A stretch of 64,000 nt of DNA, from assembly GCA_951406725.2 (NCBI GenBank), contig OX597824.1, positions 41,354,001 through 41,418,000 on the forward strand, read 5' to 3'. The notes below the pieces were generated by a model, which saw nothing but the letters and a program-made list of their open reading frames with translations, made no database searches and was not told the origin of the DNA. This DNA is from Octopus vulgaris (Eukaryota). Shown piece by piece: positions 1 through 11,619 of this stretch; the first letter of the stretch is position 1; each line of letters opens with the position of its first letter. Both the position numbers and the translations under genes were made by a program.

Positions 1-466
1 TAGAACGTTGTATAAAATATAAACTGGTATCTGGTTACCTGTAATTCTGAGTTCAAATCAAGGTCCAGTTTTCGCTCTTCGATAAGATATGCAAAAGTCA
101 ATAAAAATAGACAATTTCTTGTTATTTAACATGTTTCTTTGAGATGAATGAAGATTGTCCCTTTCAGCCATTGAGAAGCACAATTGTTCTGACCCCATTA
201 AAAAATGTTTTCGAGGCCTCTCTTCATAGCGTCAAAGCAGCGTTGGCATCTGGTGACAAGGTTGTATAAAGAGGTTGAACAAAATAATGGGAATATTTTT
301 TTTTATTTACATATATTTTTCTATTGGCAATGTGACAAATACAAATTTGTTTTGTCTGAACATGTGTTCATTTGTAGAATGTGTGCCTTGTACTTTTATG
401 ATATAGCTCTCTATTTTTCAGTTTTGCATATATATATATGGATCAAAACAGTTTGATTCAAATTCC

Positions 467-512
467 GTGGTACTTAGTTTCGAAGCATAAGATAATGCTT
501 ATCCTCAGCCGA
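467..512 (-). ncRNA. Hammerhead ribozyme-like motif (type I, family B), left arm
   Basis: Minus strand: tcgg CTGAGGA t AAGCAT tatctt ATGCTT c GAAAC taa GTA ccac. Canonical CUGANGA and GAAA cores and a 6-bp stem II; stem I only 2 bp. Confidence 0.65.
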
Positions 513-524
513 TTCAAATTTCTA

Positions 525-572
525 GTGGTTGAAGATAAGCATTATCTTATACTTTGAAACTTTAAGTACCAC
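525..572 (+). ncRNA. Hammerhead ribozyme-like motif (type I, family B), right arm
   Basis: GTGG TTGAAGA t AAGCAT tatctt ATACTT t GAAAC tttaa GTA CCAC. Stem I GTGG/CCAC perfect; C3>U change in core; one mismatch in stem II. Confidence 0.6.
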
Positions 573-662
573 AAAATTTGAATCAAGCTGTTTTGATCCA
601 AACATGCAACTTGCAATAATTATGTTGAGCGCCCTTCTTTCGTTTATCCACTCTCAGGTGTA

Positions 663-733
<71 letters not shown>

Positions 734-785
734 ATATCATATATATCATATATATATATATATATGTATGTATATACATATGTAT

Positions 786-998
786 GTGTGTCTGTATTTG
801 TCCCCCCCCCCAACATCGCTTGACAACCGATGCTGGCGTGTTTACGTCCTCGTAACTTAGCGGTTCGGCAAAAGAGACCGATAGAATATAAGTACTTAGC
901 TTACAAAGAATAAGTCCTGGGGTCGATTTGCTCGACTAAAGGCGGTGCTCCAGCATGGCCGCAGTCAAATGACTGAAACAAGTTAAAGAATAAAAAGA
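786..998 (+). mobile_element. 3' half of tRNA-derived SINE (same family as 31121-31565)
   Basis: Near-identical to 31370-31565 (TTTGTCCCCC...CATCGCTTGACAACCGATG...CAGCATGGCCGCAGTCAAATGACTGAAACAAG); preceded by (TA)n at 661-725. Confidence 0.85.
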
Positions 999-1002
999 AC
1001 GA

Positions 1003-1795
1003 ATACATACATAGATACATACACACATACATGCATACAAATATACATATATATATACACATACATGCATACATACATACATACATGCATGCATACATAC
1101 ATACATACATGCATGCATATATACATACATGCATACAGATATACATATATATACACATACATACATACATACATGCATGCATACATACATACATGCATAC
1201 AAATATACATATATATACACATACATACATACATACATATATACATACATACATACATGCATGCATATATACATGCATACAAATATACATATATATATAC
1301 ACATACATACATACATACATGCATACATACATACATACATGCATACAAATATACATATATATACACATACATACATACATACATACATACATGCATACAT
1401 ACACACATACATGCATACAAATATACATATATATACACATACATACATACATACATACATACATACATGCATACAGGTATACATATATATACACATACAT
1501 ACATACATACATACATGCATGCATACATACATACATACATACATACATGCATACAAATATACATATATATACACATACATACATACATACATGCATGCAT
1601 ACATACATGCATACAAATATACATATATATACACATACATACATACATGCATGCATACATACATGCATACAAATATACATATATATACACATACATACAT
1701 ACATACATAAATGCATGCATACATACATACATGCATACATACATACATGCATACATACGCACATACATGCATACATACATACATACATACATACA

Positions 1796-1823
<28 letters not shown>
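1003..1823. repeat. Compound (ACAT)n microsatellite with higher-order ~60-bp periodicity
   Basis: About ten recurrences of GCATACAAATATACATATATATACAC separated by variable (ATAC)n; source of the spurious MYVC/HTYI ORFs. Confidence 0.95.
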
Positions 1824-1825
<2 letters not shown>

Positions 1826-1826
<1 letters not shown>

Positions 1827-2121
1827 TTCTTTATTACCCACAAGGGGCTAAACACAGAGGGGACAAACAAGGACAGACATAGGTATTAAGTCGATTACAT
1901 CGACCCCAGTGCGTAACTGGTACTTATTTAATCGACCCCGAAAGGATGAAAGGCAAAGTCGACCTCGGCGGAATTTGAACTCAGAACGTAGCGACAGACT
2001 CAGAACGTAATACATGATGAAAGGCAAAGTCAACCTCGGCGGAACTCAGAGCATAAAGACAGACGAAATGCCGCTCAGAATTTTTCCCGGCGTGCTAACG
2101 ATTTTGACACTCGCCGCCTTA
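1826..2121 (-). mobile_element. SINE with Meta/MESC-like central domain, internally duplicated
   Basis: Reverse complement of the element at 10614-10846; the core GATGAAAGGCAAAGTCGACCTCGGCGGAA occurs twice (~1944 and ~2016). Domain name recalled, not searched. Confidence 0.8.
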
Positions 2122-2599
2122 GTCTCTAAATTTTCGAGGCTTTAGAGTCTAAAATCTTATTGGCATTAAAACCAAGATCAAACTAGCCCTGACATGCATA
2201 ATTCCATGCGCAAGAGCAAAACTTGTAGAGTATAGGGAAAGATATTGTATCTAAAAACCATGGAACTATAGCAGCAAAAGTGACAGGAGACTAAGCCTAT
2301 ATTTTGCGAAACCGGTTCCAACCAGTTTCTCGAAATATTAAATCTTTGACTGATGTTAAAGGCGGACCAAGATCATAATGGAACATACATTTAACAAGGT
2401 ATTTCCATTATTTGTCCAAATGTGGGAGACATTTGTGTGCGGAAGTTTGCGAAATTAGCGAAAGGATATTTTCGTTATATTGACACGGTGTCCAGTGTAG
2501 TATATAGACAGATATATGAAGGCAGTTTTGGAAAAGCAACATATGATCTCATTGTGAAGTAAAAGATTATACGTTCTCCGCGTCCGTAAACAAACAGAA

Positions 2600-2880
2600 T
2601 GTGCTTCGATTCCAATCAGTAGGTTTGTCCGGACTGGGTTGTATGCTGTGTTTTTGAGGAAAACCTTTTAGTTCACGTTGCTCCAGTTCACTCAGCTGTA
2701 GAAATGAGTTGCGACGTCACTGGTGCCAGGCTGTATCAGCATCTGCCCTTTCTTTAGTGGAGAGGAGAAATTGATACGCATGGGCTTCCATAAACAACAG
2801 TGCCCGGACATGTGGCTCGGAGGGTATCGTTCTAGACGCAATTTCATGGTCATTCATGGCCAAAGGGGTTCTTTACCTTA
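2600..2880 (+). mobile_element. Degenerate tRNA-derived SINE
   Basis: B-box-like TTCGATTCC, then GTGTTTTTGAG...CCAGTTCACTCAGCTG shared with the SINE at 8714-8945; TTTACCTT-type tail. Confidence 0.5.
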
Positions 2881-2920
2881 TTACACATATATATATACAG
2901 AGATACAATATATATATATG

Positions 2921-2982
<62 letters not shown>

Positions 2983-3032
2983 GAGAGACACACACACACA
3001 CACAGAAACATATAATATATACATATAAATAT

Positions 3033-3673
<641 letters not shown>

Positions 3674-3763
3674 TATACACGCACCCCCCACACACATATA
3701 CACACATACATATATACATATATATATACATACATACATTCATACATTATATATATATATATG

Positions 3764-3809
<46 letters not shown>

Positions 3810-3849
3810 TACATACATACAGGAATGTTAGATCTTGACATTACTCGCC

Positions 3850-4520
3850 AAAAATCCCCCACTGTGCCCTTAGGGACCACAAAATAGATTTCTAGTGGAA
3901 ACCTTCTATTAGAATGATTTGTCCCCACAAAACCTGATTTGGGCAGAATCAGCAAATCCATAATTGACAGAATTGTCCCTTCGGTTAGGAATAATGTTGC
4001 ATTACCCTTATGGAACTCTACCGGAGATGTGATCTTTTGGTTCCATTCCAGGAAGGATAAAAAATCCACTAGATTTATACAGTTCGATATTTCAAGTTAC
4101 TATGCGCCGATCTCCCCTATTTTGTTTAACAAAGCATTAACGTTGGCCGGAATTTTACTAACGTCCCTATGTCGGATATGTATATCATTCTGACTGCCAG
4201 GATGAGCTTGATCAATTACAATGATCAAAATTGGGTAAGGGCTGATTCCACGGGCCTATTCGATATAACAATGGGCTCATCAGACTCAGCACAGATTACG
4301 GATTTTGTTGGCTTGTGCCTCCTTGAGAAAATAAAAAGTAGCTTCCCTAATCTCTCTGGGGTTTTATATAGGAACGATGCCCTATTTATTGCACACGACT
4401 GTCAAATCCCGCCGCTGATAGGGTAAAAAAATTAAGGAAATTTTGTAAGGATTTCTTTAACCTTGATATCATTTTCGATATCAACTCCAAAGTGACTAAT
4501 TTCCTCGATGTCACGTTGAT
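3850..4520 (+). pseudogene. Frameshifted Penelope-like element reverse transcriptase fragment
   Basis: Successive frames give DHK..F..KPSIR.I.PTKPDLGRISKSIIDRI, FIQFDISSYYAPI, FDITMGSSDSAQITDFVGL, GVLYRNDAL (decayed YRDDG catalytic motif) and KVTNFLDVTL, in the order of PLE RT motifs. Confidence 0.85.
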
Positions 4521-4599
4521 TTGTTTTTAAATTTGTGTTGTGACGGATTTTATTTTTTTACCGTAATGTCTTAGGGCCTTCAATTTGGTTCATATTCAG

Positions 4600-5290
4600 T
4601 CTTTCTTTTATCTCCGACAAAGGCATTTTGGTGCAAAGTCAATGACGAATTGGATTTTGCGAGGCCTGAGTCGGAAGGAGGCAGATACAAAGTAATAGTT
4701 TTGTCCCCACCTTGAAGAGTTGGTAGTAACGGTGGAGAGTTACGTGCTTTCTTCATCGCGAGGTAAAAGGTTTTGAGGTAGTTCGAATTCCCACACACAT
4801 AACACTTCTATTTTTACCCTCTATAGAAACTGGCATTCATTCGCATTCCTCGAAACAGAAAAAGTCGGGAGAAACTAGTATCTGGAACTCCATACGAAAT
4901 CCAGTCCTATTGAGTTGTGGAGTGGACTTCATCTCCACAATCTATCCATGTTCCCCCAGAATGGCTAAAACCCTCGCCGGATTACGGTGAACCGGCACGT
5001 TCTTAACTTGAATTCGAGTCAACCTTTTACCCAAGGACGTGCAAGTTATAGTAGCCATTCTTCTAGCTTCTTGCTCACTGCTGCATATAGCAGCAACCAT
5101 CCCATATTGTTTACCTTTCTATATGTGTAGCACTGAGGGCCACACATCGAGGTATTTTTCTCGGAGTTTTTTTCCACTTCATTAAGGCACATAACACCTG
5201 GTTTCACAATGTCACTCTTGTATTTCAGTGCCTTATTTTTCAAGTCATCCACTGAAAAAATTGTCCAATTGCTAACAGCTTTAGAAAAAG
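4600..5290 (-). pseudogene. Possible decayed AP-endonuclease domain of a LINE (CR1/L2-like)
   Basis: LKNK...KPGVMCLNEV...YTYRK...GWLLLY, then MCGNSNY (cf. GDFN) and PTLQG...TLYL: APE motif order, heavily degraded. Confidence 0.4.
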
Positions 5291-5304
5291 AATTAGTTTT
5301 GTTT

Positions 5305-5600
5305 ATAGTGTTATTATTGCTGCTGCTGCTGCTGCTGTTGTTGTTATTGGTGTCGTCGTCGTCGTCGTTGTTGTTTTCCACACAGTTATCACTGTTGTTG
5401 TTTTCAATCTTGTACTTTCTTGTTTACGATCTTGTTCATCTTGTTGCTGGTGTTATTGATACAGTTGCTGTTATTGTTGTTGTTTTTGCTGTTTGTGGTG
5501 GTGGTGGTGGTGATGGTGCTGCTGTTCACATTGTTGCTGCTGCTGTAGTCGTTGTCGTCGTCATTATCGTTGCTGTTGGTACTTTTGCACTTGTTACTGT
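5305..5600. repeat. Mixed trinucleotide repeat tract (GTT/GCT/GTC/GGT)
   Basis: Direct reading; explains the poly-L/V and poly-N/S ORFs. Confidence 0.85.
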
Positions 5601-5987
5601 CTTCGTAGCAACAAGAGGAAATTATATTTCTCTTTGTCGAGAAATTAATTTCACCTTCGGCTGCGTTTGTTTTCGCAGTTACAACAGAACGCTGCTCGTG
5701 GTCGATTATTATTATTGTTTCGTAATCCGACATTTTTTAAAATGGGAAATATGTATAAAATCCTGTCTGCACAAAAAATGCGAAAATGCAAAACAATTAC
5801 TACTCCTCCCACCTAAAAAAAAGAAAGAGGGTGCAATTACACAAAATGTTACCACCACGATCCAAACAATGCAAGCAAAATACTTGTTAAATAAAATTTT
5901 GAATGAACGGGCTGCAACTAACCGAAACGCTTGATTAAACACAAATTACGGAGCTCCAACTTAGTAAGTCTCCCCAGTATGGCGGCC

Positions 5988-6050
<63 letters not shown>

Positions 6051-6052
<2 letters not shown>

Positions 6053-6243
6053 CGGGAACAGTGAGCAAACACCTTGAGAAGTACGTGGAACAAATAGGGG
6101 CTGCAATAAGGATGGAGCACTTGCAGAAAACAGCACTGCTTGGAACTGCTCGAATGAAAAATAAGAGGTGTTACCTTAGTTCACTGGTAGTGAACAGTTG
6201 ACACTGTAGTACATCTCCAGCGCTAGAAGCGGTGCAAAGGCAA
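6051..6243 (+). mobile_element. 3' end of an R4/Dong-clade non-LTR retrotransposon inserted in (TAA)n
   Basis: Translates GTVSKHLEKYVEQIGAAIRMEHLQKTALLGTAR, the typical C-terminus after the RLE domain of R4/Dong ORFs; 5'-truncated, flanked by (TAA)n and (TGA)n/(TAA)n. Confidence 0.75.
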
Positions 6244-6260
6244 TGATGATGATGATGATA

Positions 6261-6307
<47 letters not shown>

Positions 6308-6329
6308 CAACAACAACAACAACAACAAC

Positions 6330-6373
<44 letters not shown>

Positions 6374-6387
6374 TAACAATAATAATA

Positions 6388-6847
6388 ATGGGCTACAACA
6401 AATATTCTGCTCAATACCACAGATTTGCTTGTCAGTTGTTTGGCCATAACCAGTTGAGAAAGTCCCTTAGTGGCTGACGATATGTACATCTCTGATCATG
6501 AGCAGAAGTAGTGGGGGAGCATCATAGCCGTCTGTTGAAGGGAATTCTTGGAGGTTTGGATAATTCACCTATAGAAACATGGGTGGTTGGTTCAACATCC
6601 TTAAACAATCCTTATTCAGTGACCTTTTGAGCAGGCTGGGCTATTCGACCAGAAGAAAATTCTAACTGGGCCCAACCTGCAAGGTCATGCGCTGTTTATT
6701 GTGATATGAAATCACCATGTCGCGAACATATGGTTGTGATGCATGAGCCTGGTGTACCCTTATCAGACAGGTAGTCATGATGGGTATACTGGGCTTCGTA
6801 TATTTTACCCCAGTGTCACTTTGATGGAGTGCACTGCTTTCTCACTC
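6388..6847 (+). mobile_element. ~460-bp retroposon copy 1 with (TAA)n tail
   Basis: ATGGGCTACAACAAATATTCTGCTCAATACCACAG...CTCACTC(AAT)n; direct-repeat partner at 7001-7447. Confidence 0.75.
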
Positions 6848-6881
6848 AATAATAGTAGTAGTAGTAATAATAATAATAATG

Positions 6882-6964
<83 letters not shown>

Positions 6965-7000
6965 TGACGATACGTGAATCTCTGATCATTTGTATAAAAG

Positions 7001-7447
7001 ATGGGCTACAACAAATATTCTGCTCAATACCACAGATTTGCTTGTCTGTTGCTTGACCTTAATCAGTTGAGCATCTCCCTTAGTGGATGTCAATATATGT
7101 GCATCTCTGAACACGAGCAGAAGTAGTGAGAGTGCATCATAACCATATGTTGAGTGGAATTCTTGGGGGTTTGAGCAATTCATCCTGGAAACATGGGTGT
7201 TTCGTTTATCATCCTTAAACAAACCTTATTCAGGATGGGCTACTCAACATGAAAATATCTCTAACTGGGCCCCACCTGCAAGGTCATGCGCTGTCTATCT
7301 TGATATGAGATCACCATGTCGTGTACATCTGGTTGTCTTGCATGTGCCTGGTGTACCCTTATCAGACAGGTAGTAATGATGGGTATACTGGATTTCGTAT
7401 ATTTGTACCCCAGTGTTACTTTGATGGCATGTGCTGTTCCCTCACTC
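7001..7447 (+). mobile_element. ~450-bp retroposon copy 2
   Basis: Same start and end as 6388-6847, with many scattered substitutions and a short internal deletion. Confidence 0.75.
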
Positions 7448-7986
7448 AATAATAACAACGCAATTTAAATACAATGTCAAATGCTTTGGCGCGTGACAGT
7501 TGACCCTACTTCTATGTAGGGGAACAGCTGATAAACTTATAAACTTGACTAATTCGTGATAAAATAAAATAAATAAAAATTCTGTAAACTGTTACTATAC
7601 TGTGTTTTTCTTTTCCTTTTTTATTTTTTGCACGGACATGTTTGAAATAAGCCTTTTGTTTTCAGAAATCACTTTATTTATTTACATCGGTAAGTGTGGC
7701 AAGAGGAAAAAAATATTTGTTTAATAATTAATTCTCTTTAATACATTAAAATTAGCTTCAGCTTCCACATCCCACTTACATCTGGATAAACATTTCAAAA
7801 ACTATACACACATGCACGCGCACATACACATGTATGTATGTATGTATGTATGTATGTATGTATGTATGTATGTATGTATGTATGTATGTATTTATGTATG
7901 TATATATGCATGTATATATATGCATGTATATATATATATGTAAACATCGCGTATGTATGTTTTTGTATATGTATGTCTGTGCGCGC

Positions 7987-8062
<76 letters not shown>

Positions 8063-8713
8063 ATCGCGTATGTATATTTTTTATGTACATGAATAGTTAT
8101 ATATGTATATATTTTTGGTGTGTGTGTATGTGTGCGTGCGAGTGTATGTAAGAGTGTGTTTGTGTATTTAGGCTGTAGATGTAAGCTTTTCATAAATCAG
8201 ATAATCTTCGTTTAGCTGAAATAAGCCTTTTGTTATAATGTGAGATTAACCACAGCCTTAGTACGACGGAACAATGATACCATTTAAGAGGCGTCAGTGG
8301 CTAACACAGTTTAATACTGACAACCGGAAGTCTAACAGCATCTGTCAGTGTATCCTATCAAACCTTTATATTTTTTCTTTGCGCTTTTTAGATTAGTGCA
8401 ATCTAGTATCACTGAGAAGTGATCAAAACGTAGATCCTCCCAACGGTCTGAATCGGTGACTCGGTTTCGAAATGACGCTTAACCGTTTAGCATTTAGTAA
8501 AATATTTTGGCCGGATATGGCCAGTTTAAATAAAGATTGAAGTCATGTCGACTCATGAGGGCTGGTTTCCCGGTTTGGTGGCGTATATATTCCCCACCTG
8601 GAACGCATGGTGTATGTTCAAACTGGCCAGATTCAGCCTCTCACACCTACCCTACAATGTCATTCTAAAAATATACAATCATATCATCGAAATCGCAAAA
8701 CTATGAATTAGCA

Positions 8714-8945
8714 TTGTGGAGTCGCGTGGCTTCGTGGTTAGGGTGTTGAATTCATGATCGTATGAGTGTGGTTTCGATTCCTGGACCAGGCGATGCGTTG
8801 TGTTCTTGAGCAAAATACTACATTGCACATCATTCCAGTCCACTCAGCTGGTAAAAATAAGTGATCCTGCGATGGACTGGCGGAATATATACGCCATGGA
8901 AACCGGGAAATTAGCCCTTATTAGTCGAATGACACGAGAAGGTAA
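8714..8945 (+). mobile_element. tRNA-derived SINE
   Basis: A-box TGGCTTCGTGG, B-box GTTTCGATTCC, CORE-like TGTGTTCTTGAGCAAAATACT; tail GAAACCGGGAAA; inverted tail fragment at 8540-8600. Confidence 0.7.
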
Positions 8946-9039
8946 CTTTTTATTTAAACCTGCCGTATCCGGCCAAAATATTTCACTTGTTTTATGGTCA
9001 AATTGGCCAGATTCAGCGCGCACACACAAATATTTATGC

Positions 9040-9200
9040 TATAGATTACTTTCAGTTTCCTTCTACAAGATCTACTTACAAGGCTTTAGTCGGCTCGGAG
9101 CCTTAGTAGAAACACTTGCTCAATGTGCTGTACAGTGAAACTGAACCCAAGACTGCACGGTTGAGAAGCAAGCTCCTTGGCCACGCAGCCACATCTGGGC
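9040..9200 (-). mobile_element. Degenerate 5' half of the 31121-type SINE
   Basis: CTTTCAGTTTCC...ACAAGGCTTTAGTCGGCTCGGAG...CCACGCAGCCAC is the reverse complement of 31125-31275. Confidence 0.65.
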
Positions 9201-9955
9201 TTGTAATAATTACGCAGCGTTAATAACCTCCCAAAATTGCAACTTGCTAAAAAGTACCTTGCAATAATCTTTTTTAAAAATCACCCCACATGGAACATCT
9301 AGACCATTAGTTCTCAAACTAGCCTCCTGGGGGCGTTGCAAGCATACAAAAAAGGGTGAGGCGGCAGATAACAGGGAAGTCTTATTAGGATTTCCGGATG
9401 TTGAGAGAAGTCATAAATTTTCTTAGAAAGAAAATATTTAACGGAGGTAAAATACCTGTGTTTAAACATGTTCATGAATTCCTTTATCGAGTTTAACATA
9501 CGAACAAAGCACTGTGTTATGAGGCAGGAGAAATATGACTAATGGCAAATGACTAATGATGCTAATGCATAAAATAAACTTCTGCTTCATTAATCCTTTA
9601 ACCGCGAAATTAAATTTTATGATTATGCACCAAAAATAGAATTGGTAATTTTTGCAAGTCACATTGCCTCGGTAAACTTGAGTTATCGCAACAAAAAATA
9701 GTCTCAAACATGACATTCCTCAAAAATATGTAAATTGGTTCGTAAGACCGCTTTTCTCAGTTAAGCACATCGAAATTTTGGGTGGATGTGTCCAATTTCC
9801 ACAATGAAATAGTTAACAATTCTATTATTTTTCTTGCGGCAAACATAAGAAAGAGCGTTTTTAAAATGACATTCAATAAAAGGAAGTTCTGAGCTACAAA
9901 ATTATTGTGTACCGGACTGCTCTACACAATCCGCCGACGAACACTAAAATACATA

Positions 9956-10298
<343 letters not shown>

Positions 10299-10447
10299 TA
10301 AGAACCGCCAAACAAACGGGACGAAACATTAAATTAACATTAGAATTTACAAATTAAAAATCCACAACAAAGCATAATAGATGCAGCATGCAGAATACTA
10401 TACCTAAAAGAAATACCGATGCAGAACTCCCCTCGAGAATATAATGA

Positions 10448-10606
10448 ATATAACGGACGGGGGATCACTCGGCCTTTCCGCCGATGAAGAGTGCGGCTAT
10501 CCGCGTGAACTGAAGCGAATTTCAGGACTCAGTGAACATCGACACCTCGAACGCACATTGCGGCCCCGGGATCCCATCGTCCCGGTGCCCCGTCCGGTCG
10601 AGAGGT
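10448..10606 (+). rRNA. Orphan, divergent 5.8S rRNA copy (probable pseudogene)
   Basis: Colinear 5.8S motifs GGATCACTCGG, CGATGAAGA, GAATTTCAGGA, GAACATCGACAC, CGAACGCACATTGCGGCC and the GC-rich 3' hairpin CCGGGA-tcccatcg-TCCCGG; ~155 nt; no 18S or 28S recognisable nearby. Confidence 0.88.
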
Positions 10607-10613
10607 TTATTCT

Positions 10614-10846
10614 AAGACGGCGAGCTGGCAGAAACGTTAGCACGCCGGGCGAAATACTTAGCGGTATTTCGTCTGACGTTACGTTCAGAGTTCAAATTCC
10701 GCCGAGGTCGACTTTGCCTTTCATCCTTTCGAGGTCGATAAATTAAGTATCAGTTGCGCACTGGGGTTGATATAATCGACTTAATCCGTTTGTCTGTCCT
10801 TGTTTGTCCTCTCTGTGTTTAGCCCCTTGTGGGCAATAAAGAAATG
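10614..10846 (+). mobile_element. Full-length SINE with Meta/MESC-like domain
   Basis: Head GGCGAGCTGGCAGAAACGTTAGC, B-box GAGTTCAAATTCC, core GCCTTTCATCCTTTCGAGGTCGATAAATTAAGTA, tail GGGCAATAAAGAAAT; homologous to 1826-2121, 11005-11185, 34600-34770 and 35118-35325. Confidence 0.85.
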
Positions 10847-11004
10847 AGAATATACTGATGCATCAGGATGTACTGTCGAAATTATTGATAACATGGTAAT
10901 TCTACTGCTGCTGCTGCTGATGGTAATGATGATAATGATAATGTCATTGTTGTTATGATTATGATAATGACCGTAATGACGATGATGACGATAATGTTTT
11001 TTTT

Positions 11005-11185
11005 CAATTTTGGCGCAAGGCCAGTAATTTTGAGGAGTGGGATTAATCAATTAAACCGACCTCAGTTCTTGAGTGGTATTTTAGTTCAATTTCTCTGTTG
11101 ATGAAAGGCAAAGTTGACGTGGAATTGGAATTTAGAACATAAGAAGCAGTAATTTGTCTGACGCTCTAACGTTTCTACCAATCCA
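11005..11185 (-). mobile_element. Degenerate copy of the Meta-like SINE
   Basis: GATGAAAGGCAAAGTTGAC...GGAATTGGAATTTAGAAC...CTCTAACGTTTCTACCA is the reverse complement of the 10614 element. Confidence 0.6.
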
Positions 11186-11349
11186 ACACAATCATAACAA
11201 GTGCACTCAGAGAGCGCAAACCACCGCCAGTGCAACACCAACGTCCTCTCAACGATTAGCCAGAGATAATTTTCAACATGAGAATATCTGAAATAATCTC
11301 GATTGCTCTCACAAACGAGAATACTAAAAATAAACCCAACCGCTCTCAA

Positions 11350-11562
11350 ATATTAAGTTTTAAAAAATCATGAAAAATAATCATGAATCCCTGTCCGGCC
11401 CTGGATCGATCCCAAAATCTTATCAGTTTGTGCCAGTCACGATGCCAAACATCCTTGAAAGTTTCATCCGAATCCATCAAGCGGTTCTTGAGATATCTTG
11501 TCCACGGACAAACAAACACGACTGAAAACAATACCCCCGCCTTTGCCAAGGCGGAGGCAATA
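11350..11562. mobile_element. Non-autonomous DNA element end, Helentron/DINE-1-like
   Basis: AAAGTTTCATCCGAATCC...GAGATATCTTGTCCACGGACAAACAAAC followed by the terminal hairpin CCGCCTTtgccAAGGCGG and AGGCAATAA; resemblance recalled. Confidence 0.5.
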
Positions 11563-11572
11563 AACAAATAAA

Positions 11573-11619
<47 letters not shown>

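Larger units (their letters stand above)
439..600. repeat. Foldback palindrome (~72-bp arms) containing two opposed hammerhead-like motifs
   Basis: TGGATCAAAACAGTTTGATTCAAATT...GCTTATCCTCAGCC (439-510) is the imperfect reverse complement of GGTTGAAGATAAGC...AATTTGAATCAAGCTGTTTTGATCCA (527-600); abuts a short (TA)n. Confidence 0.9.

Noticed and set aside
901-1889. Six overlapping 190-300 aa ORFs (MYVC.., HTYI..)
   Set aside because: Translations of stop-free (ACAT)n repeats.
5209-5934. 241-aa hydrophobic ORF resembling a membrane protein
   Set aside because: Poly-Leu/Val comes from trinucleotide repeats.
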